64,000 nt of DNA, taken from assembly GCF_006345805.1 (NCBI RefSeq), contig NC_042998.1, positions 187,426,001-187,490,000 on the forward strand. Reading direction: 5' to 3'. Below, piece by piece: positions 25,530 through 38,432 of the stretch (positions are counted from its first letter, which is position 1; every line of letters begins with the position of its first letter). Below the pieces are notes generated by a model that saw only the letters and a program-made list of their open reading frames with translations, ran no database searches and was not told the origin of the DNA. Source of the stretch: Octopus sinensis. Lineage: Eukaryota. The position numbers and the translations under genes are program-made.

Positions 25530-25935
25530 AGCTGCACTTATAGCCATGGAAGCACTCCGTTGGTTACGACGACGAGGGTTCCGGTTGATCCGAATCAACA
25601 GAACAGCCTGCTCGTGAAATTAACGTGTAAGTGGCTGAACACTCCACAGACACGTGTACCCTTAACGTAGTTCTCGGGGATATTCAGCGTGACACAGAGA
25701 GTGACAAGGCCGGCCCTTTGAAATACAGGTACAACAGAAATAGGAAGTAAGAGTGAGAGAAAGTTGTGGTGAAAGAGTACAGCAGGGATCACCATCATCC
25801 CCTGTCGGAGCCTCGTGGAGCTTTAGGTGTTTTTCGCTCAATAAACACTCACAACGCCCGGTCTGGGAATCGAAACCACGATCCTATGACCGCGAGTCTG
25901 CTGCCCTAACCACTGGGCCATTGCGCCTCCATAGT
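25530..25935 (-). mobile_element. tRNA-derived SINE, family C
   Basis: ggaggcgcaatggcccagtggttag...ggtttcgattccc tRNA-like head followed by a non-tRNA body. Confidence 0.8.
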
Positions 25936-27499
25936 AGCCCCTCTCAGACTAGTGAGATACATATGATATTCTTCTTGAACAATTTTAAGACAACAGCTAC
26001 AGAAGAAACATGAACAGGGACAGAATTCCTGAGTGCCAACGCTTCAGCAAGAAAGGAATTGGTAAAGTAATTAATATGAACCCTGTGGAGACATATTATG
26101 GGTAATGAGAGTGGAAGAGGTAAGTGAGGAAAGACTGAATGGAAGTAACACAAGATCTGTCGGTTCTGACAGCAGAGGTCATTGTAGCAGTGGTAGATAA
26201 TGCAGAGAGGAGACGGCATGTCAATGAGCCAGAGGTTGGAGTATTACGAGTGACTTCATACCAATCATTCAGGTTGTGTTTCTCTGGATGCAGCCTAGGA
26301 TGGCTGTAAGTTTAGCACCAGGATCACGTTGAGACACAGAGAATACCTAGGTTTGCTACATATGTATGTGTAGAGGTGAGCAGTTAAACTAAAGTATAAA
26401 TCACATCTCATTAGCTGATAATTTAAATTATCATTCATAATGGAAACACAAGGACCACATATTTATGAGGAAAAGGGACTGTTGCTTATACTAGGTTCAG
26501 CAGAATACTGGAACTTATTTTATTGACTCTAGAAAAATGAAACGTAAAGCTGATCTTGGGAAGATTTTAATTCAGAATGTAAAGATATGCAACTAAATAT
26601 CAAAGGCTGATGTACTGCCACTCTACCAATGCACCACTCTAATACAATAGTGTAGCTAGCGTGTCTGCCATCCAGGGTGGCCCTTCAGTCTGCCATACCT
26701 GGGCTGTCACAAAAAGTACATATTGCCTACAGCAGACCCAAAAGTGGCACCACACCCATAAAAGTGCTGTACAGGGAAGACAAACCCTCTGTTCCCCTCT
26801 AGCTACACTAGTGCTCTAATAATAGTTAAAATTATGCTACACATACTGTACTGTATACTGAAACACCACCATCTTTTTAATATACAGTATGATACACCAT
26901 CTTAACCACCATCATCACCATTGTAGGTAGTGGCATCATAATTGTTGTTCTTTTCACAGCTTTGCAAGCAGTTTGATCAGTGGCATTCACTCACCTTCCT
27001 CCCACTCTTACCATCCTCCTACTCTCACATTTCTCCCACTCTCACCTTCCTCCCAACAAACATTAATGCACTTTCATCTTCCTAAGAGAACTTGAAGAAT
27101 TAAATTTTATGGTTAATATATGAAAAACAACCTTCAGTCTTCAGTTATTCCAATCTAAACTCATTTTATTGTCTCTTTCACAAACACTTTGAATGTATTA
27201 CTCGACAAGTCAACAATACAGATTGATTAGCAAGAAATAGGAACTTAATTTCACATAAATTACCTCATAGTCTCATAATGTGGTATATGTACATTATACC
27301 TATGTAGCAAGTCATAAAAGGTGGCAATATTACATAATGTTCGTTTGCCCGAACAAGCACAATTGTTGGTATCCCAATGGTTAAAATTACTGCCCATATA
27401 TGAATTCTAAACTTTCGTAAAAGAAATCTTTCACGAAATACAGTTCTTAGAATTCGGATATGAGTAGTTATAAAAACCCTGATTTTTGGGAAATTACTC

Positions 27500-28710
27500 A
27501 AATGGCTGCACCAGGCCCCAATCTTGATCTGGAAGAGTTTCTACAGCTGGATGCCCTTCCTAATGCCAACCACTCTGAGATTGTAAGTGGGTGCTTTTTA
27601 CGTGCCACCAGCACGGGACCCAGTCAGGTGGTACTGGCAACGACCTCGCTCAAATCTTTTTACACATGCCACCAGCACAGGTGCCAGTAAGGCGATGCTG
27701 GTAACGATCACACTCAAATGGTGCCCTTTTATGTGCCACTGGTACGGAAGCCGGTTAGCCGCTCTGTCAACGATCACCCTTATATGGTGCTCTTTGCACC
27801 TCGCTAGCACGGATGCCAGTCATCGAATTTGATTTTGATTTTGATTTCGATTTCACTTGCCTCAACAGGTCTTCGCAAGCAGAGTTTAGTGACCAAAGAA
27901 GGAAAAGGTATGCATAAGCGGGCTGGTGACGCTCCTGGCATAAGCCACAGATTATGGTCTCATTTGGCTTGCCGCGTCTTCTCAAGCACAGCATATTTCC
28001 AAAAGTCTCAGTCGCTAGTCATTTCCTTGGTGAGGCCTAAAGTTCGAAGGTCGTACTTCACCACTTCATCCCAGGTCTACTGCTTCCACAGGTTCCCTCA
28101 ACAGCTAGGGTGTGGCACTTTTTCACACAGCTATCCTCATCCATTCTCACCACGTGACCATACCAGCGCAGTCGTCTCTCTTGCACATCACATCTAATGC
28201 TTCTTAGGTCCAACTTTTCTCTCGAGGTACTTACACTCTGTCTAGTATGCACACTGACATTACACATCCATCAGATCATACTGGCTTCATTCCTTGCGAG
28301 CTTACACATGACCTCAGCAGTCACAGCCCATGTTTCACTGCCATGTAGCATGGCTGTTCATACACAAGTGTCATACAGTCTACCTTTTACTCTGAGTGAG
28401 AGGCCCTTTGTCACCAGCAGAGGTAAGAGCTCTCTGAACTTTGCCCAAGATATTCTTATTCTAGCAGTTACACTTTCAGTGCACCCGCCTCCGCTACTGA
28501 CTTGGTCCCTAAGTAACGGAAGCTATCAACTACTTCTAGTTTTTCTCCCTGGAATGTGGCAGAAGTTCGTCTCTGCACATTTTCAGTGTTTATCGCTCCC
28601 GAGCATCTGCCACATACAAAAACTATCTTCTCAATTAGCCTTCCCTTGATATTACTGCACCTCTTATGTGTCCATAGCTTACACTGGGTACATCTTATAG
28701 AGTTTCTACC
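27500..28710 (-). mobile_element. RTE-clade LINE 3' portion
   Basis: ORF 28058..28267 ERRLRWYGHVVRM plus 3' UTR repeat units. Confidence 0.88.
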
Positions 28711-28799
28711 TACACCTCTATTTTTTTTTTTATTATTTCTAAGAGTAATTGTAATCCTTTTTATAGTTCAATGTCAAAGTTCTGTTGTTTTTAACTTAC

Positions 28800-28922
28800 T
28801 TTTTTTACACTTAGATTCATCTTCAAAATAATCATCTTGACAGACACACTTTTGATTTCTGCAAATGGCAAATTCATTTATGCAGGATGTATCTCTTTCA
28901 CAATTCTCATTAAGTGCCGATT
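28800..28922 (-). CDS. RPTP-like gene, six-Cys EB/EGF-like module 1 (SALNENCERDTSCINEFAICRNQKCVCQDDYFEDESKCKK)
   Basis: gtgtttcattgcag acceptor, gtaagt donor, 123 nt, phase 1-1, spacing C-x5-C-x6-C-x4-C-x-C-x10-C. Confidence 0.88.
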
Positions 28923-29789
28923 CTGCAATGAAACACATTAATTATAAAAATTAAACTGTGTACACCAACTTATAATAATTATTATATTCAAATTTATGGA
29001 ACTCAACAACAGAAATAATGCATTTCTGAATTGTTAGATAATGCTATTAGATTTTCTCTTATGATGATATATTATTGTTATTATATTTATTATTCATTAT
29101 TTTAGGAAGATATCAAGAGATTTTTTTCTTTAAAAATGAATTAGGTACATTTTGGAGAACATGCATCAAAGTTTCAAGTTTAACAAGAATGTTCATGATC
29201 AAAATGTGTTGGTGGTTAACAAAACAAACTGAAAACACAAAGAAAAATTACACTGGAAAACACTCAAGAAAGTGTAACGGTTTGTTGTTAAGGTGTTGGT
29301 TGCCAGTATGCAAGATGGAAGAGAACAGTGATAGTGGTTGTAAAGAAATATTTATTTACCGTTACTTTAATATATACCATACCACAACAGGTAGGCTAGT
29401 GTAATAGTATAACACAGTTTGTAAAGCATGCAAGGTAAAAAGAGTTAATTTTGGCCTGTATATGAGTGTACACAAAGTAGTATATATATAGAGATATGGT
29501 GATGTTGCAGAGAAAAGAAAGGGAGCTAATGAAAATGAGAGAGTGTCGGATGAGACAGCTTCTACATTGGTAAACTCCATTGTTGTCACTCTCTGAAGTT
29601 ATCTCAGTAGAGACAGTATTTTGTTTGAGCTGGTCAGCCGCCTCTCTGTCAGTCGCTCTCACTAACTGCTTTGGCTTACGGAGTTCTTGTTTTTATAACT
29701 ATCCAAAACTAGCCAGAAGGATAGAGATATTGTTGAGAACAATAGATTCCGCTGGCGGTCTGTTATCTCTATTCTAGCCTTTTGATCCC

Positions 29790-30410
29790 AGACCTTGTTC
29801 CACACCTGTAATTTCTTCCCTAGTTCTGGTCATCATTCAGCTATAAGAATAAGGTCATCGGTGTAGAAGAGGTCCTGTGGGCAGCCAGTTTTAAATCCCT
29901 CTGTTATGGCCTAGAGAACTATGATAAACAAGAAGGGTCTGTGAGCCAATCCTTGGTGAACTCCTAACTATACACTAAATTCCAAGCTAATATCATTGCC
30001 GACTTTCACCTCAGACTCCATCCTGTACATGGCCTGTACAGCTCTCACCAACCACTCATCTATTCCTGGCTTCAGCATTGCCCACCAGATAAGAGAGTCA
30101 GTGTCCCCATCCAAGGATTTCTCCATGTTGACAAGAACCAAGTACAGAGGTTTATTTTTGGCTAAATACTTCCCCTGCAGTTGCTAGTCCAAAAGATAGC
30201 ATCAGTAGTGTTCCTTCCAGGTACAAACACAAACTGCATCTCATCTAGACTAACCCTCTTCCTAATTAGTTGAGCTATGATCCTTTCTGTAACTTTCATC
30301 ACTTGGTCCAGCGATCTGATACCTCTGTAATTATTTCTGTCTAAAGCATCATCTTTACCTTTGTAACAGTTGACTATAATGTTGCTACACCAGTTGTTGG
30401 GTATGACTTA
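29790..30410 (-). mobile_element. RTE-clade LINE RT fragment bounding the duplicated block
   Basis: Homologous to the RT region at 9000-9560. Confidence 0.8.
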
Positions 30411-33400
30411 CAAGGGGACAATCTGATTAACTATACTGGTGACTAGGCCATATCCTACTCTACAAGTTTACTAAGTTTATTTACTCTGTCAGTATGAATC
30501 TTAAAACTCTGCAAAATCTTATACTTCTTACTTACTAGCACTTGACTAGGTTCACATTTGTACCACTTATCAGTATGGTCATTTTCTAGCTTTCTACATA
30601 ACTTCCAATGGATTATTCTCCCTAAGTTGTCATACTTTTTTGTATTCCTTTTGTGCTAGCATACTACATTCATTAACTATATAAGTTACACTTTCGTCCT
30701 TTAATTTATGTAACCTACATAGAGAATTTACCTGATTTTTATCTATCTTAGCTTTTATTCAGTTATTCCTCTATGCCTGATCTTATGTTCCAATTAACAA
30801 ACTTTCTGTCTCTCTTTTTAGCTTTCCTTTCTACCACCACAACCATGTTTCACTATTATTATTTTCTGCAACTATTTTTAGAAATCTACCATGCAAAGCT
30901 TTCTCTTATCAGTCAGATAATCTTGCTTCTTTTTTATGGCTTTTACTGACATTTGGTTTTTTGGTTTCCTTATCTCCTACTGTTACACTAAAATTTTGTC
31001 ACTATTACCTACATAGGAAGCTATATCCACTCTAGCTAACTCCACACAGTCTTCTACTGATATTAAACCTCTACCACCTTTCTTTCTAGGTAAATAGAAT
31101 CTTGCTACTCCTCTCTTTTACTCTTTTACTTGTTTCAGTCATTTGACTGCGGCCATACTGGAGCACCGCCTTTAGTCGAGCAAATCGACCCCAGAACTTA
31201 TTCTTTGTAAGCCCAGTACTTATTCTATCGGTCTATTTTGCCGAACCGATAAGTGACGGGGACGTAAACACACCAGTATCGGTTGTCAAGCAATGCTAGG
31301 GGGACAAACACAAACACACACACACATATATACATATATATGACAGGCTTCTTTCAGTTTCCGTCTACCAAATCCACTCACAAGGCATTGGTTGGCCCAA
31401 GGCTCTAGCAGAAGACACTTGCCCAAGATGCCACGCAGTGGCATGAACTCGGAACCATGTGGCTGGTTAGCAAGCTACTTACCACACAGCCACTCCTGCG
31501 CCTCCATTCATATTGAATTCATTCTTCTGTCTAGATTTGCTAATTCAGATCTTGTCCAATCTACAAAAGCTGCTGAATATCTAAGTAAGGATGCTGAACC
31601 AAATATTTACAGCCTTCACCAGATTCGGACCATTTAGCTTTGACTTCATTAACTTCCTCACCCAACTTTCTCTTTCATTTCTATAGTTAGTATTCTGTCA
31701 GATTCTAATACTCCTTGATGCTTATAACTTACCCCTTTCAATGATTTTAATCTCTGGCCATCTAGTTTTTGAATGCTTTCACTACTGACTACCTTTACTT
31801 TTTTTATGACTAATATTGCACACTTATCTATGCCAAATTCCATGCTTATATCTTTGCTAAAGAGTCTTACAGTTTTTATTAAAGAATCTGTCTCCTTTTT
31901 ATTCTTACTAAAAAGCTTCAAATACTCCTTGTAGAGCAAATTGTTAATGTTTCCTTTACTATCTCTGAACTGATACCCAGCCTTTGCCTTTCTTAATACT
32001 AAATTGAGGGGTGGTTAAAGGTAACATAAATATCAAAGGAGACAATGAGTCTCCTTGGAAGATTACCTCTCTTGATATTAACTTTCCCTAAGGTTGTATT
32101 ACCTAAGTAAAGGTCTACTTTCCATTTTTTTTTTGTGTTATAGCTAACTAAATCTTTTATGTTATCTGTAATATTGAATATACTCAAACATTTGCTTATC
32201 CATGAACATGAAATCATGTCATAGGTGTTCTTATAATCTATCCATAATAAAATTTTTCTTTCTTGATTTCACTTCTTTTAGAACTGCTTTGTCTATGTAT
32301 AATAGATCATGCACTCCTCTAGCCTTCTTCCTGCAATCTTTCTGTTTTTTCTGGAAGTAAATTCTGTCTGTCAAGATGTTCAGAAATGCTTCATGAGAGC
32401 ATTCCTGTTAACACTTTGCTCACTAATGGTAAGCAAATTATTGGTCTATAATTACTAGCTATATTTCCCTTACTTTTGTCTTTTATAAGGAGTACTCTCT
32501 CCCTCCAGTCATCCAGATAGGTATGACTCCTCCATTCAAACAATCCTGAAGCTGTTCTCTCATTCTACCATATAAGTTTCTAAATATCTTTAACCAATAT
32601 CCTTGAACTAAATCTGGTCCAGTGCTCTTCCTTCCAATTCAGCATTCTTCCTAACATGTTATTCATTAAAGCACTAGTTAGTTTTAGATCTGTCCACTTC
32701 TCGCTAACCATTTCTTCCCTCACTTTCTTTAACCATGTTGCATCCTCATTATGATCAACTGGTTTATCTCAAATATCACTCCAGAACTTTCTAGTTTCTT
32801 CTACATTAGGTTCCTCATCCTCAGTAGTTTCTTCTACACTATTTACTTGGCAATAAAATTTCCTCTGGTTTGTCTCTAACAATCTATTCTGTTGATACTG
32901 ATCTATTCTTTTCTGATATCTGGAAAGCTTACTAGATACTGCTATGATACATTGTTTCAACTCTTCCACGACTATCCTAAACCCTTTCTCTTTAACTAAG
33001 TATGTTTTCTTAAGAGAAGATTTAAATCTTGTATTTCCCACCTTGTCCTGTTCCTAGGCTTCTATTCTACTCAGATCTTGGCTTAAAATATTCACTTTAT
33101 TTTGTAATTTCCTTGTCTGCACCTGCTCCTTCCTATTCTTTCCTCGTGGAATACCTAGTCTTCTAGTAACTACCACACCTGCTGCATAGCTCAATAAGTT
33201 AGAGTCATCTATATCTATAGTATCTACTTTCATAATAATATCAAGTAACTTCCTTTTATTAACACCTTTTAATTCTAGTAATCTTTTGCTTTCTTCTCAT
33301 TACTTCTTTCAACTCACCTAAAATCTTTAGTCACCGGAGTCAGTTTTCCCTTCCTGATTGGTAGGACTATTATTTTTTCTTGTAGGCTCTTCCTTGACTT

Positions 33401-33535
33401 GAACTATATCACTTATGCATCTTGTTTCATCCTGGTTTGTGTTGTTTAGCTGTTCTACTTCTTGGTCTTTCTTTTTTTAATTGTCTTGCGATATCTTCTA
33501 CCTCCAATTCAGTCATCCACTTATTTCTCCTAATA
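30410..33535 (-). mobile_element. Degenerate R4/NeSL-type (REL-endonuclease) LINE
   Basis: EELKQ...KLSRYQKRIDQYQQNRL..NQRKFY (32769..33041); RT LKLFSKN...MEFGIDKCA (31658..31939); IIHWKLC downstream; SINE inserted at 31125-31500. Confidence 0.8.
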
Positions 33536-34619
33536 GCAGAAGCGTTAGCGCGCCGGGCGAAATGCTTTGCGGTACTTCGTCTGCCGTTACGTTGTGAGTT
33601 CAAATTCCATCGAGGTCGACTTTGCCTTTCATCCTTTCGGGGTCGATAAATTAAGTACCAGTTACGCACTGGGGTCGATGTAATCGACATAATACCTATG
33701 TCTGTCCTTGTTTGTCCCCTCTATGTTTAGCCCCTTGTGGGTAATAAAGAAATAGGTATTAGCCTGGTCCATTGGTCATACCTTTCTTTAAAAAAGGTGC
33801 TAACATATACTTCCTGTAACCTTTTACTTTGGGTTCACTTTCCATGTAGCACTACATCACTACCCTGTGACCTTCACTTGTCCATTTCCGCTTCGTTATT
33901 CTGTTAATTACTGATGCTGTCTTAGAATAACAACTGATGTTAGCCTGCATCCATACTAAACAACTGCCAAGCAAAAGGCCTTCCCTTAAAGGTTCAGCCT
34001 CATTTATATTGTTATCACTAGAGTTTCTGTGTAAATTCAGGTGTCTCATAAACTGAGGTAAGGTAATGCATGTGTGTGTTTTTATCATGACAGCATCACC
34101 ATGCACCTGATGAGGTTTTTCCTCATTCTTGGTAAATTTCATCTTAGTTTAGGTTATGCTGTCGGATTAACTATATATATTGCATGGCTCAGTGGTAAGA
34201 GTGTTGGGCTCACAACCATAAGGTAGTGAGTTTGATTCCTGGACTAGGCTGTGTTGTGTTCTTGAGCAAGACACCTTATTTCAGTGGAATGAAAATCCTG
34301 AGTTATTCGTAGTTTGTGAATTTTTAATAAAAATGTGAAAGTGGTTTATCAATTCAAAAATCGATATCCACAAAATAATCATACTTTCTGATTTTTTAAT
34401 GCTAAAAACCTTCCTGACGACTCTCTTTGTAATCTCGAAAAATGTCGTAACCATTAGTCCAGCTGTCTGGCCAGGAAGAGGGAACAAAGAGACAGACAGA
34501 AAGACAGATGGACATACCACCCATTGTAGTAAGATAGCAAATCTGCCCATCTATGATGGGAAATAAAGGGATAGTATCGCAAATCTAAACCCACTAAGTT
34601 CATGAACTATATGGGGGAA

Positions 34620-35830
34620 ATCCAGAGTTAATCCTCATTGCCAGAATTTTAGCACTTTGGATCTATTCCATTTCTCATCACATTGGCTTAGTAGTTCCGG
34701 ATCAGCAAGCTTTGATCTTGAGCAGCTAAGATGATGCCTCTGCTTTCTGCTTTTGACCCTGAGCTCTTTAGCCACTGATACATGTGCTTCTGGTCAATAT
34801 CAGCCTGTTTGCTATGGGTCACATATTTGCCTTGCAAAGGTTTCTCTTCTTGCCTATCAACCAATTGTTCATGCACTTATTCCTCACCATTAATTTCACC
34901 TTCTTTGTAATATTAGTTACTGCATTTCCCTCATGCATTTCTCTCTTGCCATTGTTTTATCATAATATTTTCTAGTTTGAGTTTTAGCTTAAATTTTAGT
35001 TGCTTTACACCTTTTGTTGTTTTTCCTTTTTACTTTACTCATGCTCTGAGATTACTCGTAGCAGTTTTCCTTGGTTCTGAAAAAGATATCTCTGTAGTCT
35101 TATGATGGATATTATAGTAATTTTTTAGTTATATAGGGCCTCTACCACTTTCAGTTCGTTGTGTATATAACTTTTTTATGTCAGATTTTAGGTGGTGTAT
35201 TCTAAATTCCATCATTATTTTTCTTGTTTTCCTGCCTAGTTTGGCTAGTTCACTTAGTGTCCAATGAAAATATTGTAACTGTAACTTATAACTGGGACAG
35301 CGAGAGTGTTGATACCTATTATCTTGTTTTTTCTTTTTGGCATTGAGCTCTATTTTAGCCTTATCAGATGGGTAGTCATCATTATGGGCATATTGGGCTT
35401 CATATATTTGTACCCCAGTGTCACTTTGATGGCATGTGCTGCTCTCTCACTCAATAATAATAATAATAATAATTGAGTTCAAGTATGATACCCAGGCTGA
35501 ACAGGAGGAGAGAAGTGCAGTAACTGATACCGCAAAGAAGGTGAAATTAATAGCAAGGAAAAAAGCACATGAACAACTGGCTTATAAGGCAGAAGCAGAA
35601 ACCTCTAGATGGCAAATATGTGGCCCATAGCAAACAAGCTGATGTTGACCAGAAGCATACATGTAAGTGGCTACAGAGCTCAGGGCCAAAGGCAGAGAGC
35701 AAAGGCATCATTTTAGCGACTCAAGATCAAAGCCTACTGACCTGGAAATACCAAGTCAATGTGATGAAAATTGTAGTATTTCCAAAGTGCTAATTCTGCA
35801 ATGATGAGATTGAAACAGTGGACCACCTTT
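34620..35830. mobile_element. Two divergently oriented R4-type LINE post-RT fragments
   Basis: Both encode KPL.GKY...QAD.DQK...WL.SSG.KAES.GIILA.QDQSLL (34688..34876 minus; 35569..35793 plus). Confidence 0.72.
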
Positions 35831-35893
35831 AAGTACTAATCTAATTTGTCTATAATATTCATTCCTAATCTTATCTTTCATTTGTACACGTAC

Positions 35894-35932
35894 CAATGTC
35901 ATCATGATCATTATTATTCATGGCGAAATCCC
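35894..35932 (-). CDS. Candidate 39-nt phase 1-1 mini-exon (DFAMNNNDHDDI) of the RPTP-like gene
   Basis: Acceptor attcatttcag, donor gtacgt (the same donor as the 3180 exon), frame-preserving between stalk and first Cys exon. No homology support. Confidence 0.35.
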
Positions 35933-36959
35933 CTGAAATGAATCTGTAGCAGTTGCATTTATTGAACTCGTGAGAAATCAAGATGAACATCTAAATGTCT
36001 ACTGAGTGAACATTAATTCTTAAAACAAAAACACCAGGAATGCCAAATGAACTAGAGTCCCATAATTTGCTGGTCAACATTATACAAAGTCCCTCACATC
36101 TATACTCTAAAATAAGCTGGTTATTCACCTTGAGAATAATATCGTATCAGAAGTCACCATAAGATCCAGTCCTTGTTGCTATGTGGTGATTTGTGTGCCT
36201 CAATGACCCTGAGAGGTATGCCAGTGGAGTGCAAGCTCCTGATAGGGTCTCTCATGCTAGAAAGGTCAAAAGATGGACAGGTAAGGGATATAGACCACCT
36301 CTTCCCAGTCATAAAAACAGGTTTGTGTAGGGTTGACATCCCTACCTGGAAAAAAGTATTGATGACAATTTGAAAACGACTTTCAAGAACTGGGAGAGGA
36401 TACCCAGAGTCAAGAGCAATGGAGAGAAAAATCGTTGATGATCTGTGCTCCACGGGGAGCAAAAGGCTTAGGTAAGAAGAGCAGAAAGCATACTGGATAG
36501 GGATGTACGGCTGTAAAGAGCAGTTACTGATAAATTGTGCTATTTGTTTCGGGATGATCTGAGTGTGTGGTGTTGATAAGTCACAATAAAGGTGAAATAT
36601 CAGTATCTATCACTCCCAGATTCATTCTGATGCAAGTTGTCTTACCTGGTCTGTGACATTCCATTCAGGTGTTCTCTGACACTCAACATTGTGTAGGGAG
36701 CTTTCCCAGATGCTATCTTGCAGCAAATTTGGCATATAAACAAAACACATACACTGCATATGCATGATCAATAATATATATATAGTATGTTGTACGAATG
36801 TAAGTATGTATATAAAGAGAGATAGATAAGATAGATAGATAAAGAGAGAGTTAGAGAGTAAGTATATCAGAGAACATGTCTGATATATTTCATGTGGTAT
36901 ATTGCGCAAATTATCAAGCAATCAGAAAAAGATGAAGAGAAAAACTAATAATTCCTTAC

Positions 36960-37425
36960 TAGTAGTCGTAGTTATTAAAGGTGTTGTGGTTACATATGGA
37001 GTTGATGTTTCTTCAGATGTGTTCACTGATCGTGTTTGTGTGCCAAACTGTGTTACATTCTCAGTGTCATTGGTCGATGCTGTTACATAAGAAGCGTCTT
37101 CTCCAGTTGTGTTAATCAACATTGTATTCCGAGATGCACTGAATGGAGTTGTTAGTTCAGAATCATTGAGTTTTGTTACATTCTCAAGTGCGGGAAGTAC
37201 TGCTGAAGCATAAGTTGATGATGTTAAATTTCCTTGTGCATTTATTGGTGGCGCATTTGTAGATATATTTATTGCTTCTGATCCTTTTGGTTTACTCCTT
37301 TTTACCCTGATTTCCTTTAAATCTGACATTGCCTCTATTTGGCCTGCTTTTGATTCTGTCACGAAACCATTGCTTTTACTAATGTGATGATTTGGTGAGG
37401 AAGGAAAAGATGCTGGCTGACCATG
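36960..37425 (-). CDS. RPTP-like gene, Ser/Thr-rich stalk/pro-region exon (155 codons) with RVKR proprotein-convertase site at 37308-37297
   Basis: 24-T tract + ag acceptor, 466 nt open (phase 0 to 1), donor gtaagg; HGQPASFPSSPNHH...EIRVKRSKPKG...PLITTTT; 8 N-x-S/T sequons; overlaps ORF 36922..37362. Confidence 0.8.
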
Positions 37426-38035
37426 CTAAAAAAAAAAAAAAAAAAAAAAAAGCAAATGGAAATTAATATAAGAAAACATATGAAAAAAATTTTAGTTTTG
37501 GTCATTCATTTTTAATGCAAGAGAAAAAAAATCATCTTGCCAGAAGTCCATTCTTTTTCTTTTCTGTTTGTGAAATGGAAGGAATGAAATATATAATTTT
37601 TATGCATCTATGCAGGAGTGGCTGTGTGGTAAGTAGCTTGCTAACCAGCCACATAGTTCCGGGTTCAGTCCCACTGCGTGGCATCTTGGGCAAGTGTCTT
37701 CTGCTATAGCCCCGGGCCGACCAATGCCTTGTGAGTGGATTTGGTGGACGGAGGCTGAAAGAAGCCTGTTGTATATATGTGTATGTGTGTGTGTTTGTCC
37801 CCCTAGCATTGCTTGGCAACCGATGCTGGTGTGTTTACGTCCCCGTCACTTAGCGGTTCGGCAAAAGAGACCGATAGAATAAGTACTGGGCTTACAAAGA
37901 ATAAGTCCTGGGGTCGATTTGCTCGACTAAAGGTGATGCTCCAGCATGGTCACAGTCAAATGACTGAAACAAGTAAAAGAGTAAAAGAGTAAAGAGTATT
38001 TAGTTCAATTTTCTTTTCAACTACAGAGTCCTTAA

Positions 38036-38432
38036 TCTATGATATAAATTGGATATGGGCGATCGTCTTATTCTTTCTTGTCTTGAGGTTCACAGCTAAA
38101 CGGCTGGGTGGATTTGCATGAAAATGTGGAGACAAGTGCATAGATTGGAATGCAGTTTGTATTTTTTTCCTAACCCCCATACTGAAAAAAATCGATTAAA
38201 ACTTTTTCTAATGGAATTTCCCTCTTTCTTCTGCCATTAAAACAACTAGTTGCTTAGGAGCTGTTTTCTGACGGGGTGGGGTCAAGAAATTTTCATATAG
38301 CTGGAGACTCCAATCGAAACAGGGGACCCGAAATGATAAGGTTGACAAATGCTGTTATAGATTATGCTTGACCGAAAACGATCACAGCCACATCATCCAA
38401 ACAGACCGGGCGAAACCGGGCTTAGCTGCTAG
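38036..38432 (+). mobile_element. Non-autonomous Helitron
   Basis: 5' A|TC(tatgatataaa), 3' ccgggcgaaaccggg hairpin-like motif then CTAG|T; inserted in an AT dinucleotide with no TSD. Confidence 0.8.

Noticed and set aside
25860-25935. tRNA-like gene
   Set aside because: Head of a SINE; continues into the SINE body and lacks a proper acceptor stem.
34620-35830. Twin-priming 5' inversion of one R4-type LINE
   Set aside because: The two opposed fragments overlap in content and are clearly diverged, which fits two separate insertions better.
37515-37882. Recurrent ORFs such as [10 protein letters not shown]..., MLGGQTQTH..., FLQLDALPNANH...
   Set aside because: Stop-poor frames of SINEs and RTE 3' UTRs repeated throughout the window, not a gene family.
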